A stretch of DNA of 64,000 nt from the NCBI GenBank assembly GCA_951406725.2, contig OX597832.1, positions 46,686,001-46,750,000 of the forward strand. Reading direction: 5' to 3'. The first letter of the stretch is position 1. Each line of letters opens with the position of its first letter. The DNA comes from Octopus vulgaris (lineage: Eukaryota). Under the pieces are notes generated by a model. The model did no database searches and was not told the origin of the DNA. It was given only the letters and a program-made list of their open reading frames with translations. Shown piece after piece: positions 14,410 through 27,653 of this stretch. The translations under genes and the position numbers were made by a program.

Positions 14410-14930
14410 AGACTCAGACTTATGTCTTGAGACTTATGTCTTATGACAGTGATCACGATTTCTCACTTACCTCAATGAGTCAATCCATGTTCTCTCAATC
14501 AACTGGATGTCCCTGTTGGTCGTTTAGTTTCAGTACATCTTGGATCGACCTCTCCGCTTCTTTCCCTGGGTTTATCACTGAAGGACTTGGTTGGCTAGTC
14601 TTTCGTGCGGGATTCGTATTGCGTGACGCAACCAGCTCAGACAGCATTTGCACATAAAGATAGACAAAGGGTGTTGGTTGACTCGTTGTCGCACTATTTC
14701 TTTACTGACGAAGTCATTCCATTTCATGCTAAGAAGTTTATGTATCTGTCACGTTTCGCATCCATAAACTAGAGTCAACAGTATATTACTGATGTAGAAC
14801 CTCATCATTGTCTTTATGGATAAATCTTCGCTCCTCCAGATCTTTTCAAATAGGTTGAATGCAGCTGATGTTTCGCCTAACATGCAGTCCAGCTCCTTGT
14901 CCATGTCTTCATTCCGGTTGATGGAGTGAA
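14410..14930 (-). mobile_element. RTE-clade LINE 3' fragment, pseudogenised and not in the ORF track
   Basis: Manual translation: DKELDCMLGETSAAFNLFEKIWRSEDLSIKTMMRFYISNILLTLVYGCET*..WNDFVS..WLRHAIRIPHERL..GKKRRGRS. This matches the RTE post-RT motifs (KIW, LYGCETW, W.GH..R, GKR.RGRP) with stops. Confidence 0.85.
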
Positions 14931-16509
14931 ATCAACCCCGGCTTCTCCCTCGTTCCAGAGAAGATGAAGTATATATATATATAGATAGATATGTATATAT
15001 CCACGACTGAAATGGTGATTCATTTATGGGCCTTACGTAAGATGAAACGTAAATTTTAACATTTTGGGACTTAAACTTAGAGACCATAGAGCGAAGCAAA
15101 TTCTTCCATACTATTTATCTGGTACTGTAAGGATTTTATTGATTTTCCGTCGGTTGTATGAGATTAATGATTTTTGCTAATGACATCTATTGCTTAAGTA
15201 ATTTGAAATAAGGATATATCTTCTCTTCTGCGATTATTATAATAACCTAATTCATTATAACATTATCTATCATAGAATTCATTTCCTTTATGTCGCTATT
15301 GATGTACTATTGGATATAACACTAACTGCTCGACCTTTCATTCAACTTAGCATCATGTTATTGAATGAAACCCAGGTCAAACCAATGACCGGTGGCACCT
15401 CTGCATAAAGGCAGTCAGTCTCTAGGGATCCCACAATTTAAATTTTCTGTAACATTAGGAGTATCTTGATGACTTATGTGATTGGTTGAAATTGAACCGT
15501 AGTTAGTTTATCTATGTGTGCATAAAATATTGACCTGCAATTAATGTGAATGAAATTCACTCTGATGAAGATTTTGTTATGGTGGTTTTCTTGCTTTTAC
15601 TAATGTCCCGTTTTAATCCGGTTCAACTTCGACTGCGCACGCTGTGATGAAAGGCATTCGAGCTATGACAACGCTCTCACCAAACGGCTAAATGTTATCA
15701 GTATTATGCGTCCATGGGTATGCGTAGAAATAATTGCACTTTAATATATCCTTCATATTTTTTAAGGTAAGGTCATCGTGTACAACTTGAGAGTGATTTA
15801 ACTAATACTTCAGCACAGCAAGCAACCATGTAGAAGCTATCTTTTTCACGAGATAGGACAGAACATTCTATCTATATTTTATTCATCATTCATCTTTTAT
15901 ATAAGAGATACCAGTGTTGTGGACAACATTTTGTCCAGATTGGAATGTTATTCAAAGAGAAATTTATCTTCCAGTCGGCCAACTCTATTTACCCAGAACG
16001 TCAAAAACAGAATTATATATGCGTGCACCTCATAAAGATATCTTTCACCCATTTAACTTCCGTTTGTAAAATTTTCATATTATTTTATCATTTCTCCGGC
16101 AACAGATAGATCTTTCAAAAGACTTTGTTTTTATCTTCCTGTCAGGTCGGTAACGTTATCAATAATAAAGAAAACAGTATGTTAAAGAAACCTTCTTATC
16201 TAACACCGTAAATAATTTTTACGATGGCATGTCGATGAGCGGTGAAGTTAGTAGATGCAATAAAGCACTAAACTTGATGCGTTATGATATGACTATATGT
16301 GCATTGGCGATTTCCTGTTCGAATCCATCCAAACACGAACTGTCTCGATTTTCGTTTTACTGAAACGCGTTGATAAAATACGTATCAGTAATGAGCTATG
16401 AGATCGGTCATATTATACAATGTTAAACAGCTGCGGTGTATATACTGAAACAAGTAAAGTTGTTAAGGAACACTGCTGTATATTCCAGCTCGATCAACGT
16501 ATGGAATGC

Positions 16510-16542
<33 letters not shown>

Positions 16543-16546
<4 letters not shown>

Positions 16547-16748
16547 ATCCAAACAAGAAAGCACAAACAATAAACACAACAACGCGAGGACGTGGAACAA
16601 ATATAGTATTATTGGACGCGCAGGAAAGAAGGAAAGAAGGAGGGTTTAACGTTTCGAGCGGAGCTCTTCGTCGGAAACATAGGAGAAGGAAAGATCCAGA
16701 GAAGGGAAGACAGAGGAAAAAAGTCACACACGAGGTCACATTTTGAAA

Positions 16749-16750
<2 letters not shown>
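16543..16750 (-). mobile_element. Solo pLTR-like PLE-derived insert in (TA)n with a minimal hammerhead motif at 16644-16678
   Basis: GTTT-CCGACGA-A-GAGC(TCC)GCTC-GAAA-CG-TT-AAAC. Flanks resemble 560-680, and (TA)n lies on both sides. Confidence 0.7.
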
Positions 16751-16788
<38 letters not shown>

Positions 16789-17580
16789 CACGGAATTTTG
16801 TCAGTGAACAGGTCGCTGTCTCAAAGCGACGAAAATATTTTAGTAATTTTTAAAAAATATATGCTAATTTTTCATATTTTTTTAATCTTTTCAAAGTTTT
16901 GAATTTTTTTTTGTTTGTTTTTAAATTCGTTTAAAATACAAACAGACCGAATTTTAGGGTTAAACCCCAGCAATAAACAATTATATTTATTTATAGGCAG
17001 AAAGATATCGAAGCACATCAATACGTCAGGGTGTAAGGTGGTCATGAGATATGCTAAAAGTAGTAGCTAAATAGCCCTTAGATCACGCAGTAAATTTTTA
17101 TATTTTAGTTTTGGTATTATCGTATGAATTCCCGTATGTAAAGTACAAATTCGCAAAAGTTTTCTGAATATTTCAAAAATTAGAATACTTCCGCCAAGAA
17201 CAGAATATGTTGTTTGAGGGTTAGAATGATGTCTTGAAATCTCATGGCTACAATGGGATCTTCGGATGCCGGAAAAAAGCATAGAGAATTCTAGCGTTTT
17301 GCTTTTAAAGTTTAGTTCTTGACCTTTAGAACAGACTCGATACAGCGTCAGGTAACGATATACCTGTCGTCGAGACTCTTGTGTGAATACTTGCAATGCA
17401 GTGAAATGAACTCGTGTAACGAAACCCATACGGCACCATGGAATGCTAAACCGGTTACCCAATCCACTACGGCGAGGAGGAGAATATAAAAGAAATCATA
17501 TATGCAGTAGGCTTAACTTGGACAAATGGCATCTATACAAACATACATATACACATACATACACACGGACACACACACAT

Positions 17581-17646
<66 letters not shown>

Positions 17647-17800
17647 GCATATATATATATACAAACACATATATAGAAAGACAGTCAGACAGACTGACAG
17701 ATAAAAAGATAGATATAGATAGATACACACATACACACACACCACACACAAGTATATATATATATATATAAATATACATATATATATATATACATATATA

Positions 17801-17903
<103 letters not shown>

Positions 17904-18351
17904 ACCATTATTCCCATTACAGTCATGTTACCGCTCAACTGCTGTAACGATAGATATGTTTAATAAAACAGCAATGATAAATAAAGCTTTCAAGAAAGAA
18001 AGACAAAGTTAATATAAAAATGTAAAAGAGAGAAAGAAAAGAAAACATACATGTAATTTGTTTATTGCATGGTTTTGTTGATGGGTCGCTTATCTTGTTC
18101 AGCTTTGAGCTACTTTTCAACAATTTATCCAGGTTTACTAACGCGCACCACGAACACACAGAGTCACACACACATGAAGGCGCTGATTTACATATCTCTC
18201 TGTTATGCTCTCTCTCTCTCCCTATATATATATATAACATATATATAATATATAAAAATTATATATATTATATATACATATATATAACATACATAAATCC
18301 TTATATACATATATAGTATGTGTATAAACATAAATATTTATCTCTGTAAAT

Positions 18352-18391
<40 letters not shown>

Positions 18392-18575
18392 ACATATATA
18401 TAATATATAAAAATTATATATATTATATATACATATATATAACATACGTAAATCCATATATACATATATATAGTATGTGTATAAATATAAATAATTATAT
18501 CTGGAAATATGTATGTATATATATGTATATATGTATATATATATATATATGTCTATATTCTATACATATATGTAT

Positions 18576-18666
<91 letters not shown>

Positions 18667-19446
18667 CATACATATGTATCTGTATGCGTAGATTTAAGTA
18701 TTCCAACTACGGTTATTTTATCACTGTAAGGTTCATGTTAGTGAAAACGCGTGTTTAAAATACAGCGCCAATAAAAAGAAATATGGTAATGAGAGTGGGA
18801 CGGTGCTAGTGTCAGAGAGGTTAATGGCTAAATAACACAATTTCAATGTGTTTATGTAGTGTTTTTCACTATAATGGATATGTTTTGTTCGGTGTTAACA
18901 TATCAGTTTTTACAGGCGGAATGTTATATAACTTTCAACATATTTGATTTTCACGAAATTTTGTTTCTCTTTTTACTCCGAAAATTCCCATTAAATTATC
19001 GGATTAGGTTTTTTATTTTGGTTTATTTTTATATTTTTGCTTTTTAAATTTCTACCCGATGCAGCCATTTTGAGTTGTAGGGACTATGAAGCTGTAAACT
19101 ATTATCACTCTTTGTAATTAGTGCACACCAGCCGCATTTAAATGTTGCAGCTTATAGTTACATATTTTATACTATACTCTCACTCTGCGCGAAGTATTTT
19201 TTAAAAAATTCCTTCCGTATCCTAACACCAAGTATCAGCATCATGAATTTAACTATCCAAAGCTCCAGCATCGGCAATGCTCTCGATATTGTTTTCCTTC
19301 GAGTATGAGCAGTTTCCAATCCACACAACTTTACTCTCTCTATGCCATTAGTTTTCGTAGAAAGGATCGGCAAAATCCGGTAAACCTCGGTAAAAGATAT
19401 TGTCACAAGAAAACAGAGACTCTCGTTGGCAATACTGCAAGACAGG

Positions 19447-19720
19447 AAGGCAGCAAGCAGGCAGAATCTTTAGCGCGCTGGACGAAATAATTAGCGGTAT
19501 TTCGCCCTTCGCTACGTTCTGAGTTCAAATTCCGCCGAGGTCGACTTTGCCTTTCATCCTTTCGAGGTCGATAAATTAAGAACCAGTTACGCACTGGGGT
19601 CGATATAATCGACTTAATCTATTTGTCTGTCTTTGTTTGTCCTCTCTGTGTTTAGCCCCTTGTGGGTAGTAAAGAAATAGGTATTAGGCCCGTCGCTACG
19701 TTCTGAGTTCAAATTCCGCC
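19447..19720 (+). mobile_element. Family A SINE plus the start of a second unit
   Basis: Matches 13719-13948; a second partial unit follows the tail. Confidence 0.9.
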
Positions 19721-19761
19721 TTGTGATACCTAGGTGCTGTAAGCATCAAACATTTTTTATA

Positions 19762-20120
19762 AGCGTAGGAGTGGCTGTGTAGTAAGTAGGTTGCTTACGA
19801 ACATGGTTCCGGTTTCAGTCCCACTGGGTGGCACTTTAGGCAAGTGTCTTCTACTGTAGCCTCGGGTCGACCAAAGCCTTGCGAGTGGATTTGGTAGACG
19901 GAAACTGAAAGAAGCTGTGTGTGTGTCTGTGTGTTTGTCCCCCATCACTGATTGATGTGCATATGTCCCTGCAACTTAACGGTTCGGCAAACAATAATGG
20001 GTAGATTAAATATCAGGTTTATAAAGAAGTACTGGGGTAGATTCATTCAGCCAAAATTCTTCAAGGCGGTGCCCCAGCATGACCACAGTCAAACGACTGA
20101 AACAAGATGAAGATAAAAGA
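19762..20120 (+). mobile_element. Family B tRNA-derived SINE (CORE-like domain)
   Basis: GCGTAGGAGTGGCTGTG head, CAC(C/T)TT(A/G)GGCAAGTGTCTT CORE-like motif, tail GGCGGTGC..CAGCATG..GACTGAAACAAG. Confidence 0.88.
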
Positions 20121-20302
20121 TATAGCATACAGCTATAGATTTTTAGCTAGCATGGTATGTATAGATTGTTGTAAACATCTTGTCATTATTTCACTAGTTA
20201 TATCTATTTGACAGCAGGAGAGAAAAAATTTATGGAGAAGTTAGACATCTTATATAGTGGTAACTATACAAGCAAACATATTCACATACTCACGTTCATA
20301 CG

Positions 20303-20350
20303 TACATACATACATACATACATACATACATAGATACATACATACATACA

Positions 20351-20384
<34 letters not shown>

Positions 20385-21103
20385 CATACATACATACATA
20401 TATGCATACATACATACATACATTCATACATACATACATACATGCATGCATGCATGCATACATACATTCATTGATATATACATACATGCATTCATACATA
20501 CATACATACATACATACATACATACATACATACATACATACATACATACATGCATGCATACATGCATACATACATACATACATACATACATACATGCATG
20601 CATACATGCATACATACATGCATAGATACATTCATGCATACATACATTCATACATACATACATGCATACATACATACATTCATTGATACATACATACATA
20701 AATACATACATACATACATACATTCATACATACATACATATATACATACATTCATACATACATACATACATACATAGATACATACATACATACATACATA
20801 CATACATTCATTCATATATACATACATACATACATACATTCATTCATACATACATACATACATACATGCATACATTCATGCATACATACATGCATACATA
20901 CATACATACATACATACATACATACATACATACATACATACATACATACATACATACATACATACATTCATTCATTCATACATACATACATACATACATA
21001 CATTCATTCATACATACATACATACATACATACATTCATACATACATACATACATACATTCATACATACATACATACATACATTCATACATACATACATA
21101 CAT
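20303..21103. repeat. (TACA)n tetranucleotide array with TGCA/TTCA variants
   Basis: Direct inspection. Confidence 0.97.
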
Positions 21104-21489
21104 AGATTCACGTACTTACACAAAAATGGTGACTGCCATCTCTTCGTACTTCCTCCTTCACAATTTCATTTCTGATTTTCTGTCCACGATATTTCAGATG
21201 ACTATTCAATCCTGACGGTGATCTGCATGGTTTGAAGTATAGGTGGTAGACCAAAACTGTAAAATATAGTGCGCTTCAACTGGTTTAATCTGCACACAGG
21301 GCTAATCTTCTATTGCCATAGGACTCCCACTTGACGGAATGACAAATGGTTACATCAAACGTCCACCACAGATTGGTGTGTTTAATGTGTTTAAAAAATG
21401 AGTCAACAACTCGACTACCGTACTGATGATCATATTCTCGTCATATATATGAAACAAGTAAAAGAGTAAAAAGATTAAACTAGTTTGTT

Positions 21490-22250
21490 TTTCAATACAA
21501 TAGTGGTGTCTTGAAAACAACTTGCACATACAAGTGCTACCAGTTAAAAGCTCCGTATACCGGAAGCTAGCAAGTGTATGGGGTCATCGGAAGAGAATGC
21601 GCGCCGTTTCGGGGCCTACCTCTCGACGGCATCAATGCGCACCGCCCCCCCCCCCACTGATATGAGGCCTCGCTTGCTAGATCAGCTGGTTATGAAGAAC
21701 TCAATATACTTCTAGCCATCGCTCATCGTCTCTTTTTAACCAAATCCAGTGGCTAGCCTTCTCCACTGTAGATTGGATATCAGTCATGGTGCTATTGACT
21801 TTACGATGAGTTAGGCCTAACGATAACAACAGTCGTCTCACGCTGTGTCCTACAAACCCTCTACATCCGACTTCGATAGGAAAATGTTCCGCTTTCCAGC
21901 CTGCGTCTTCACATTCCTCGAGGAGGTTTTCATAACGGTTTAATTTTCGAGCTCGAGCGGCGTCCATATTATCTTCGTGAGGAACCGTTAGCTCGACTAT
22001 ATTTACAACTTTCTTTCTTTCACACCACATCAAAATATCTGGTTTTTTTCGAAACTGGGATGGGAAAGAAAACCTGGCACCCAGGTAAATCTGCAGTTAC
22101 CTCCCAATAGCCGTTCCACTTTTCATTTTAGTATGGATACATTTTTCTCGGTAAACTTCCCTCACAGTGAACTTTCTTCACGCTGAATTGATGGTGAAAA
22201 ACTTATCCGTAATCCCCTGCAAGATGCCTTTTTGGTAGTGAAAGTGGTCT
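21490..22250 (-). mobile_element. HERO-like non-LTR retrotransposon 3' end: restriction-like endonuclease (RLE) domain and 3' UTR
   Basis: ORF 21701..22033 preceded by KPDILMW: PD..ELTVP.E....A..RK..RY..L....GW....PIEVGCRGF....LG....KASHWIW, the RLE signature of HERO-type elements. Confidence 0.8.
21576..21642 (-). ncRNA. Candidate non-circularly permuted hammerhead ribozyme in the HERO 3' UTR
   Basis: GTGCGC-ATTGAT-GCCG-TC-GAGAGG-TAGGCCCC-GAAA-CGGC-GCGCAT-TCTCTT-CCGATGA-CCCCATAC. Stems III and I pair; stem II is weak. Confidence 0.55.
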
Positions 22251-22299
22251 GATTCACTTTGCTCCTTATTACTCCTACGGAGCAAAGTGGTGAACAAAG

Positions 22300-22600
22300 T
22301 CTTGGTCAGACGTTCAGTATCACTCACCGTGTGACTTTGGCTAATTGTAAGGCCCTGTGGGATATTATCTAAAGCCTTCTGGTAATCCAGCCACCATACA
22401 ATTAAATTCCTGCGAGATTTTACTGTTTATCGAGGATTATTTCATTAATTACTAGCTGCTGTATACAGCCCATCACTCCTCCCACTTTCCTCCAGCTTGC
22501 TCAGGTGGTATAATATTGTTGGTTACACAAGGATTCTTCAAGAACAGATTGAGGTTCCCATTGTATAATATGTACATGATGTTCTGCAAGGCTCAGGGCT
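22300..22600 (-). mobile_element. Decayed reverse transcriptase fragment of an RLE-type (R4-like) LINE
   Basis: Manual translation with frameshifts: NNIIPPEQAGGK..GVMGCIQQLVINEIILD..RNLIVWWLDYQKALDNIP. Confidence 0.7.
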
Positions 22601-22658
22601 TTGTACATATGTATTTTTGCATATAATTATGTAGACATATATGTATATATTTGTGTGT

Positions 22659-22905
22659 GGAGGCGCATGACTTAGGTTAGGATGGCAGATTCATAATCAT
22701 AACATTGTGGTTTCGATTCCTGGACCGGGCGACGCGTTGTGTTCTTGAGCAAAACACTTCATTTCACGTTGCTCCAGTCCACTCAGCCGGCAAAAGTAAG
22801 TAACGATGCGATGGACTGGCGTCCCGACCAGCTGGGGAATACATACGCCATTGAAACCGGGAAACCGGGCCCATGAGCCTGTCTAGGCTTTAAAAGGGCG
22901 CATTT
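22659..22905 (+). mobile_element. Family D tRNA-derived SINE
   Basis: Close match to 40211-40460. Confidence 0.9.
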
Positions 22906-23246
22906 ATTTTATTATATGTATTTATATACGTATGTGTTTGTATGTATGTATTTGTGCATGTATGTATGTATGTATGTATGTATGTATGTATGCATATAAA
23001 ACATGGGATTGAAATCTCAAGTGCAATATATAATTTTATACATAGGCAGACACACACACACATGTATATATATGGTGTGTGTGTGTGTGTGGTGTGTGCG
23101 TGTGTGTGTAGATGTATACATATAGGCATACAGATACAGTATGTATGCATACCTGTATATGTATACATATATATATATGCGTTTGTTTGTGTGGTGTGTA
23201 TGTACATCTGTATATATATATATATATACATATAAATACATATATA

Positions 23247-23307
<61 letters not shown>

Positions 23308-23851
23308 TAATATAAATAATATATATGTATATATACATGCGTATACGTAAAGAGAGAGAAAGAGAACATGAGAGATTTGTCTGTGAGGTGTATGTATAGA
23401 TGTATGCATGTATCAAGTACAATGTGATAATCGATGGCATAACACACGGGGCTGGTATTGTTATCTTCGCTGTACTACGAACTTCGTTACATTTTAAATC
23501 ACTTTCCAACGACTTCAGTTTTTTTTCACCCATTCCCTTTGTTCACTTTTTTACATTACATCATACAATATCCAGATTCTTTTGTTAAAAATGGACATTT
23601 ATTTTTTTTTTCTCAAATGCTTTAATGCGAGATCTTTAAGTATTTCAGCTTGTAGGTAGGTTTGAAGTATTCAGTCGATTAATAGTTTACAGCTTGTAAT
23701 TCTTTTTCATCCATAGTTTATCAGTAAACGTGCGAAAAAAATACACGAAAAATGATGATATTCCCTTACATAATGCTTTAAGCATTATTGTTGGAAATAT
23801 ATTTAAAGATCTGTAATCTGTACGTTTCCTTCTTTTTAGATGGTGTATTTG

Positions 23852-24420
<569 letters not shown>

Positions 24421-24774
24421 ATGATGCATTTTCAGGATTCTTTTCACACTTAAGAATGTTCGCATTCTATCAAAAGAAATTGTTCAGTTTGATTTCTTAT
24501 CAGAAAATAGAATTTTTGTTATTTGCCATGTTTTATTTATTTATTTATTTATTTATTTATTTTTGTATGAATAGCTGTCTGATCATTACACTAACTACAA
24601 TAATACTGCGATTCCTCTAGTAATATCCAGGTTTTAATAGTGATATAAAAAGTTCCAAACGTTTAAATTCAATCACATGCAGAGATAGCTCTCTTGTTTG
24701 AATTTATAGAAAGAATTAAAGGTCGTCTCCTAGTCATGGGAACATTTGGTAGGCTTCAGTGTCATATATATTAA

Positions 24775-24947
24775 TCCACTGGACAGGAAACTAGTCCATC
24801 GCAGGTTTGTTCATTTTCGACAGTTGAGAAAACTGGAGCATTGTAAAATGAAATATTTTGCTCCACAACACATCGCCCAATCCAGGAATCGAAGCCACAA
24901 ACTTAGGATCATGAATCCAACACCCTAACCTCTAAGCCATGTACCTT
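24775..24947 (-). mobile_element. Family D SINE, diverged
   Basis: Reverse complement shows CCTGCGATGGACTAG and the GATTCCTGGA..GCGATGTGTTGTG head region. Confidence 0.7.
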
Positions 24948-25120
24948 CTCTTTTGGCTTTATAACGAGAGCATATAATCCTTTATCATCATTGTTAACGC
25001 TACCACGCTTCTACATACTTCATAAAATGTTATCACGTTTCAATGTTCTCTAACTAATGGCTAACATCCAAAGAAGGGGCCACTGCATATATATCAGACA
25101 CCGTATAAATAGTAGCTAAA

Positions 25121-25925
25121 GGCGGTGAGCTGGCAGAAACGTTAGCACGCCGGACGAAATGCTTAGCGGTACTTCGTCTGCCGTTACGTTCTAAGTTCAA
25201 ATTCCACCGAGGTCGACTTTGCCTTTCATCCTTTCGGGGTCGATAAATTAAGTACCAGGTACGCACTGGGGTCGATATAATCGACTTAATCCGTTTGTCT
25301 GTCCTTGTTTGTCCTCTCTTTGTGTTTAGCCCCTTGTGGGAAGTAAAGAAATAGGTATTTCGTCTGCTGCTACGTTCTGAGTTCAAATTCCGCCGAGGTC
25401 GACTTTGCCTTTCGGGTTCGATAAATTAATTACCCGTTACACACTGGAGTCGATGTAATCGACTTAATCCCTTTTTCTGTCCTTGCTTGTCCCCGTTGTG
25501 CTTAGCTCCTTGTGGGCAATAAAAAAATAGATATTTCGTCTGCTGTTACGTTCTGAGTTCAAATTCCACCGAGGTAGACTTTGCCTTTCATCCTTTCGGG
25601 GTCGATAAATTAAGTACCCGTTACACACTGGGGTCGATGTAATCGACTTAATCCCTTTGTCTGTCCTTGTTTGTCCCCTCTGTGTTTAGCTCCTTGTGGG
25701 CAATAAAGAAATAAGAATCGTTAGCACGCCGGACACAAAGCTTACAGACATTTCATCCGTCTTCACATTCCGAGTTCAAATTCTACCGAGGTTGATTTTT
25801 TTCCCCTTTCATCCTTTCGGGTGAGATAAAATAAGTATCAGCTGAACCCTGGGGTCAGTGAAATCGACTCACCCATCCACTCCCGGAACTACCGGCAGGC
25901 ATTGTACAAAAATTTGAAATAATAC
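25121..25925 (+). mobile_element. Family A SINE multimer: head + 3 body/tail units, followed by an older copy
   Basis: Three ~185-bp tandem units starting TATTTCGTCTG. Confidence 0.92.
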
Positions 25926-26705
25926 TAAGAGCCACGAAAACATTGATAGAAAGCAACTATGTACGAATGGTCGTAATTGTACCACAGCCAATACTGTAGG
26001 ATTTATTGAAAAATTATATATCCTATGACAATAGATTGGTTTAATTCTGAATCGAATAATGGTTGATATAATATATAGCAATTACTTTGTTGGTTTCACA
26101 TACGAAATCCTAAATAAAAGAACCAGATGTTTGTTCCCTCAAGAAGAATGCATTATATAAAGGGAAAGCATAGATATGAAACTACAAGTAAATATTCTTA
26201 AACATCTTCGATCAATAACAGATTTAAAAAAAGGCACATCGCAACTACAGCACATCAGAAAAACAACACAAATTACCTGGAATATTAAAATGATAAAATA
26301 AAAAAGGTAGAATAACTGTGTAAATAGAATAAGTTATGAGAAAACATACAAAAATATGTAACTTATCATATTTGTTCCATCCCTTCAAGCATACACAGAC
26401 ATGCATTGCACACGCACACATACAGACGTCGACACGCACGCACAGTTTCTCTCTCTCTCTCGCTCTTTCTCTCTCGCTCTCTCTCGCTCTCTCTCTCTCT
26501 CGCTCTCTCTCTCTCTCTCACTCTCTCTCGCTCTCTCTCTCTTTCTCCCTCTCACAGTGTCCGAGTGTGTGTGCGCGTAAGACTACCTAAAGACATGCAT
26601 ATGTACGCATGTATATATGTATGTGTGTATATATAAATATATATATATGTATATGTGTATGTGTGTATATATATATATATATATGGTTTCGCATACACTT
26701 ATGTA

Positions 26706-26925
26706 TAAGAGGCTGCTGAATGTTCCTAACTTTAAGGGTTTCACGGCAGGCCTGCTTGGAGGGCCACACTTCCAAGTTCTTTTCTAGGATTTAGAAAAAA
26801 CCTAAGGGACCGCTGCAATAAGTGTGTGAATCTGAGAAGGAAATATGTTGAATTAAATCATAATTAACTGATCCTCCTGTATAATCTTTTAGCCAGATCT
26901 AGTATCTTTTCAGCACGTCATCCTA
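26706..26925 (+). mobile_element. mariner-derived MITE
   Basis: Degenerate TIRs (GAGG..GCTGAA..TTCAGCAC). Internal CGCTGCAATAAGTGTGTGAATCTGAGA..GAATATGTTGAA resembles the R..KC....G.YVE end of mariner transposases. Three copies in the window. Confidence 0.7.
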
Positions 26926-26978
26926 TATGTGTGTATAAGCGAGTATTTCTTTGTTCGTTCTTATATTACACTATAAAA

Positions 26979-27653
26979 GGGCGGCGAGCAGGCAAAAACG
27001 TTAGCACGCCGGCCAAAATGCTTAGCAGTATTTCGTCTACCGCTACCTTCTGAGTTCAAATTCTGCCGAGGTCGAGTTTGCCTTTTATCCTTTCGAGGTC
27101 GATTAAATAAGTACCAGTTACGCACTGGGATCGATATAATAAACTTCATCCCTTTGTCTGTCCTTGTTTGTTACCTCTGTGTTTGGCCCCTTGTGGGTAG
27201 TAAAGAAATATATATTTCGCCTGCTGTTACGTTCTGAGTTCAAATACCGCTGAGGTCGACTTTGCCTTTCATCCTTTCTGGGTCGATTAAATAAAGTACC
27301 AGTTACGCACTGGGGTCGATATAATCGACTTAATCCGTTTCTCTGTCCTTGTTTGTCCTCTCTGTGTTTAGCCCCTTGTGGGTAATAAAGAAATAGGTAT
27401 TTCGTCTGCTGCTACGTTCTGAGTTCAAATTCCGCCGAAGTCGACTTTGCCTTTCATTCTTTCGGGGTCGATTAAATAAGTACCAGTTACGCACTGGGGT
27501 CGATCTAATCGACTTAACCCTTTTGTCTATCATTAGAGTCGATAAATAAAGTACCATTTACGCACTGGGGTCGATATAATCGACTTAATCCCTTTGTCTG
27601 TCCTTGTTTGTCCCCTTCTATGTTTAGTCCCTTGTGGGCAATAAAGAAATATT
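26979..27653 (+). mobile_element. Family A SINE multimer with a single 15-bp TSD
   Basis: Head plus three or more units; TATTACACTATAAAA at 26964-26978 and 27654-27668. Confidence 0.92.

Noticed and set aside
25121-27653. Tandem ~185-bp units resembling a CRISPR array or satellite
   Set aside because: No unique spacers; the units are parts of a dispersed SINE in a eukaryotic context
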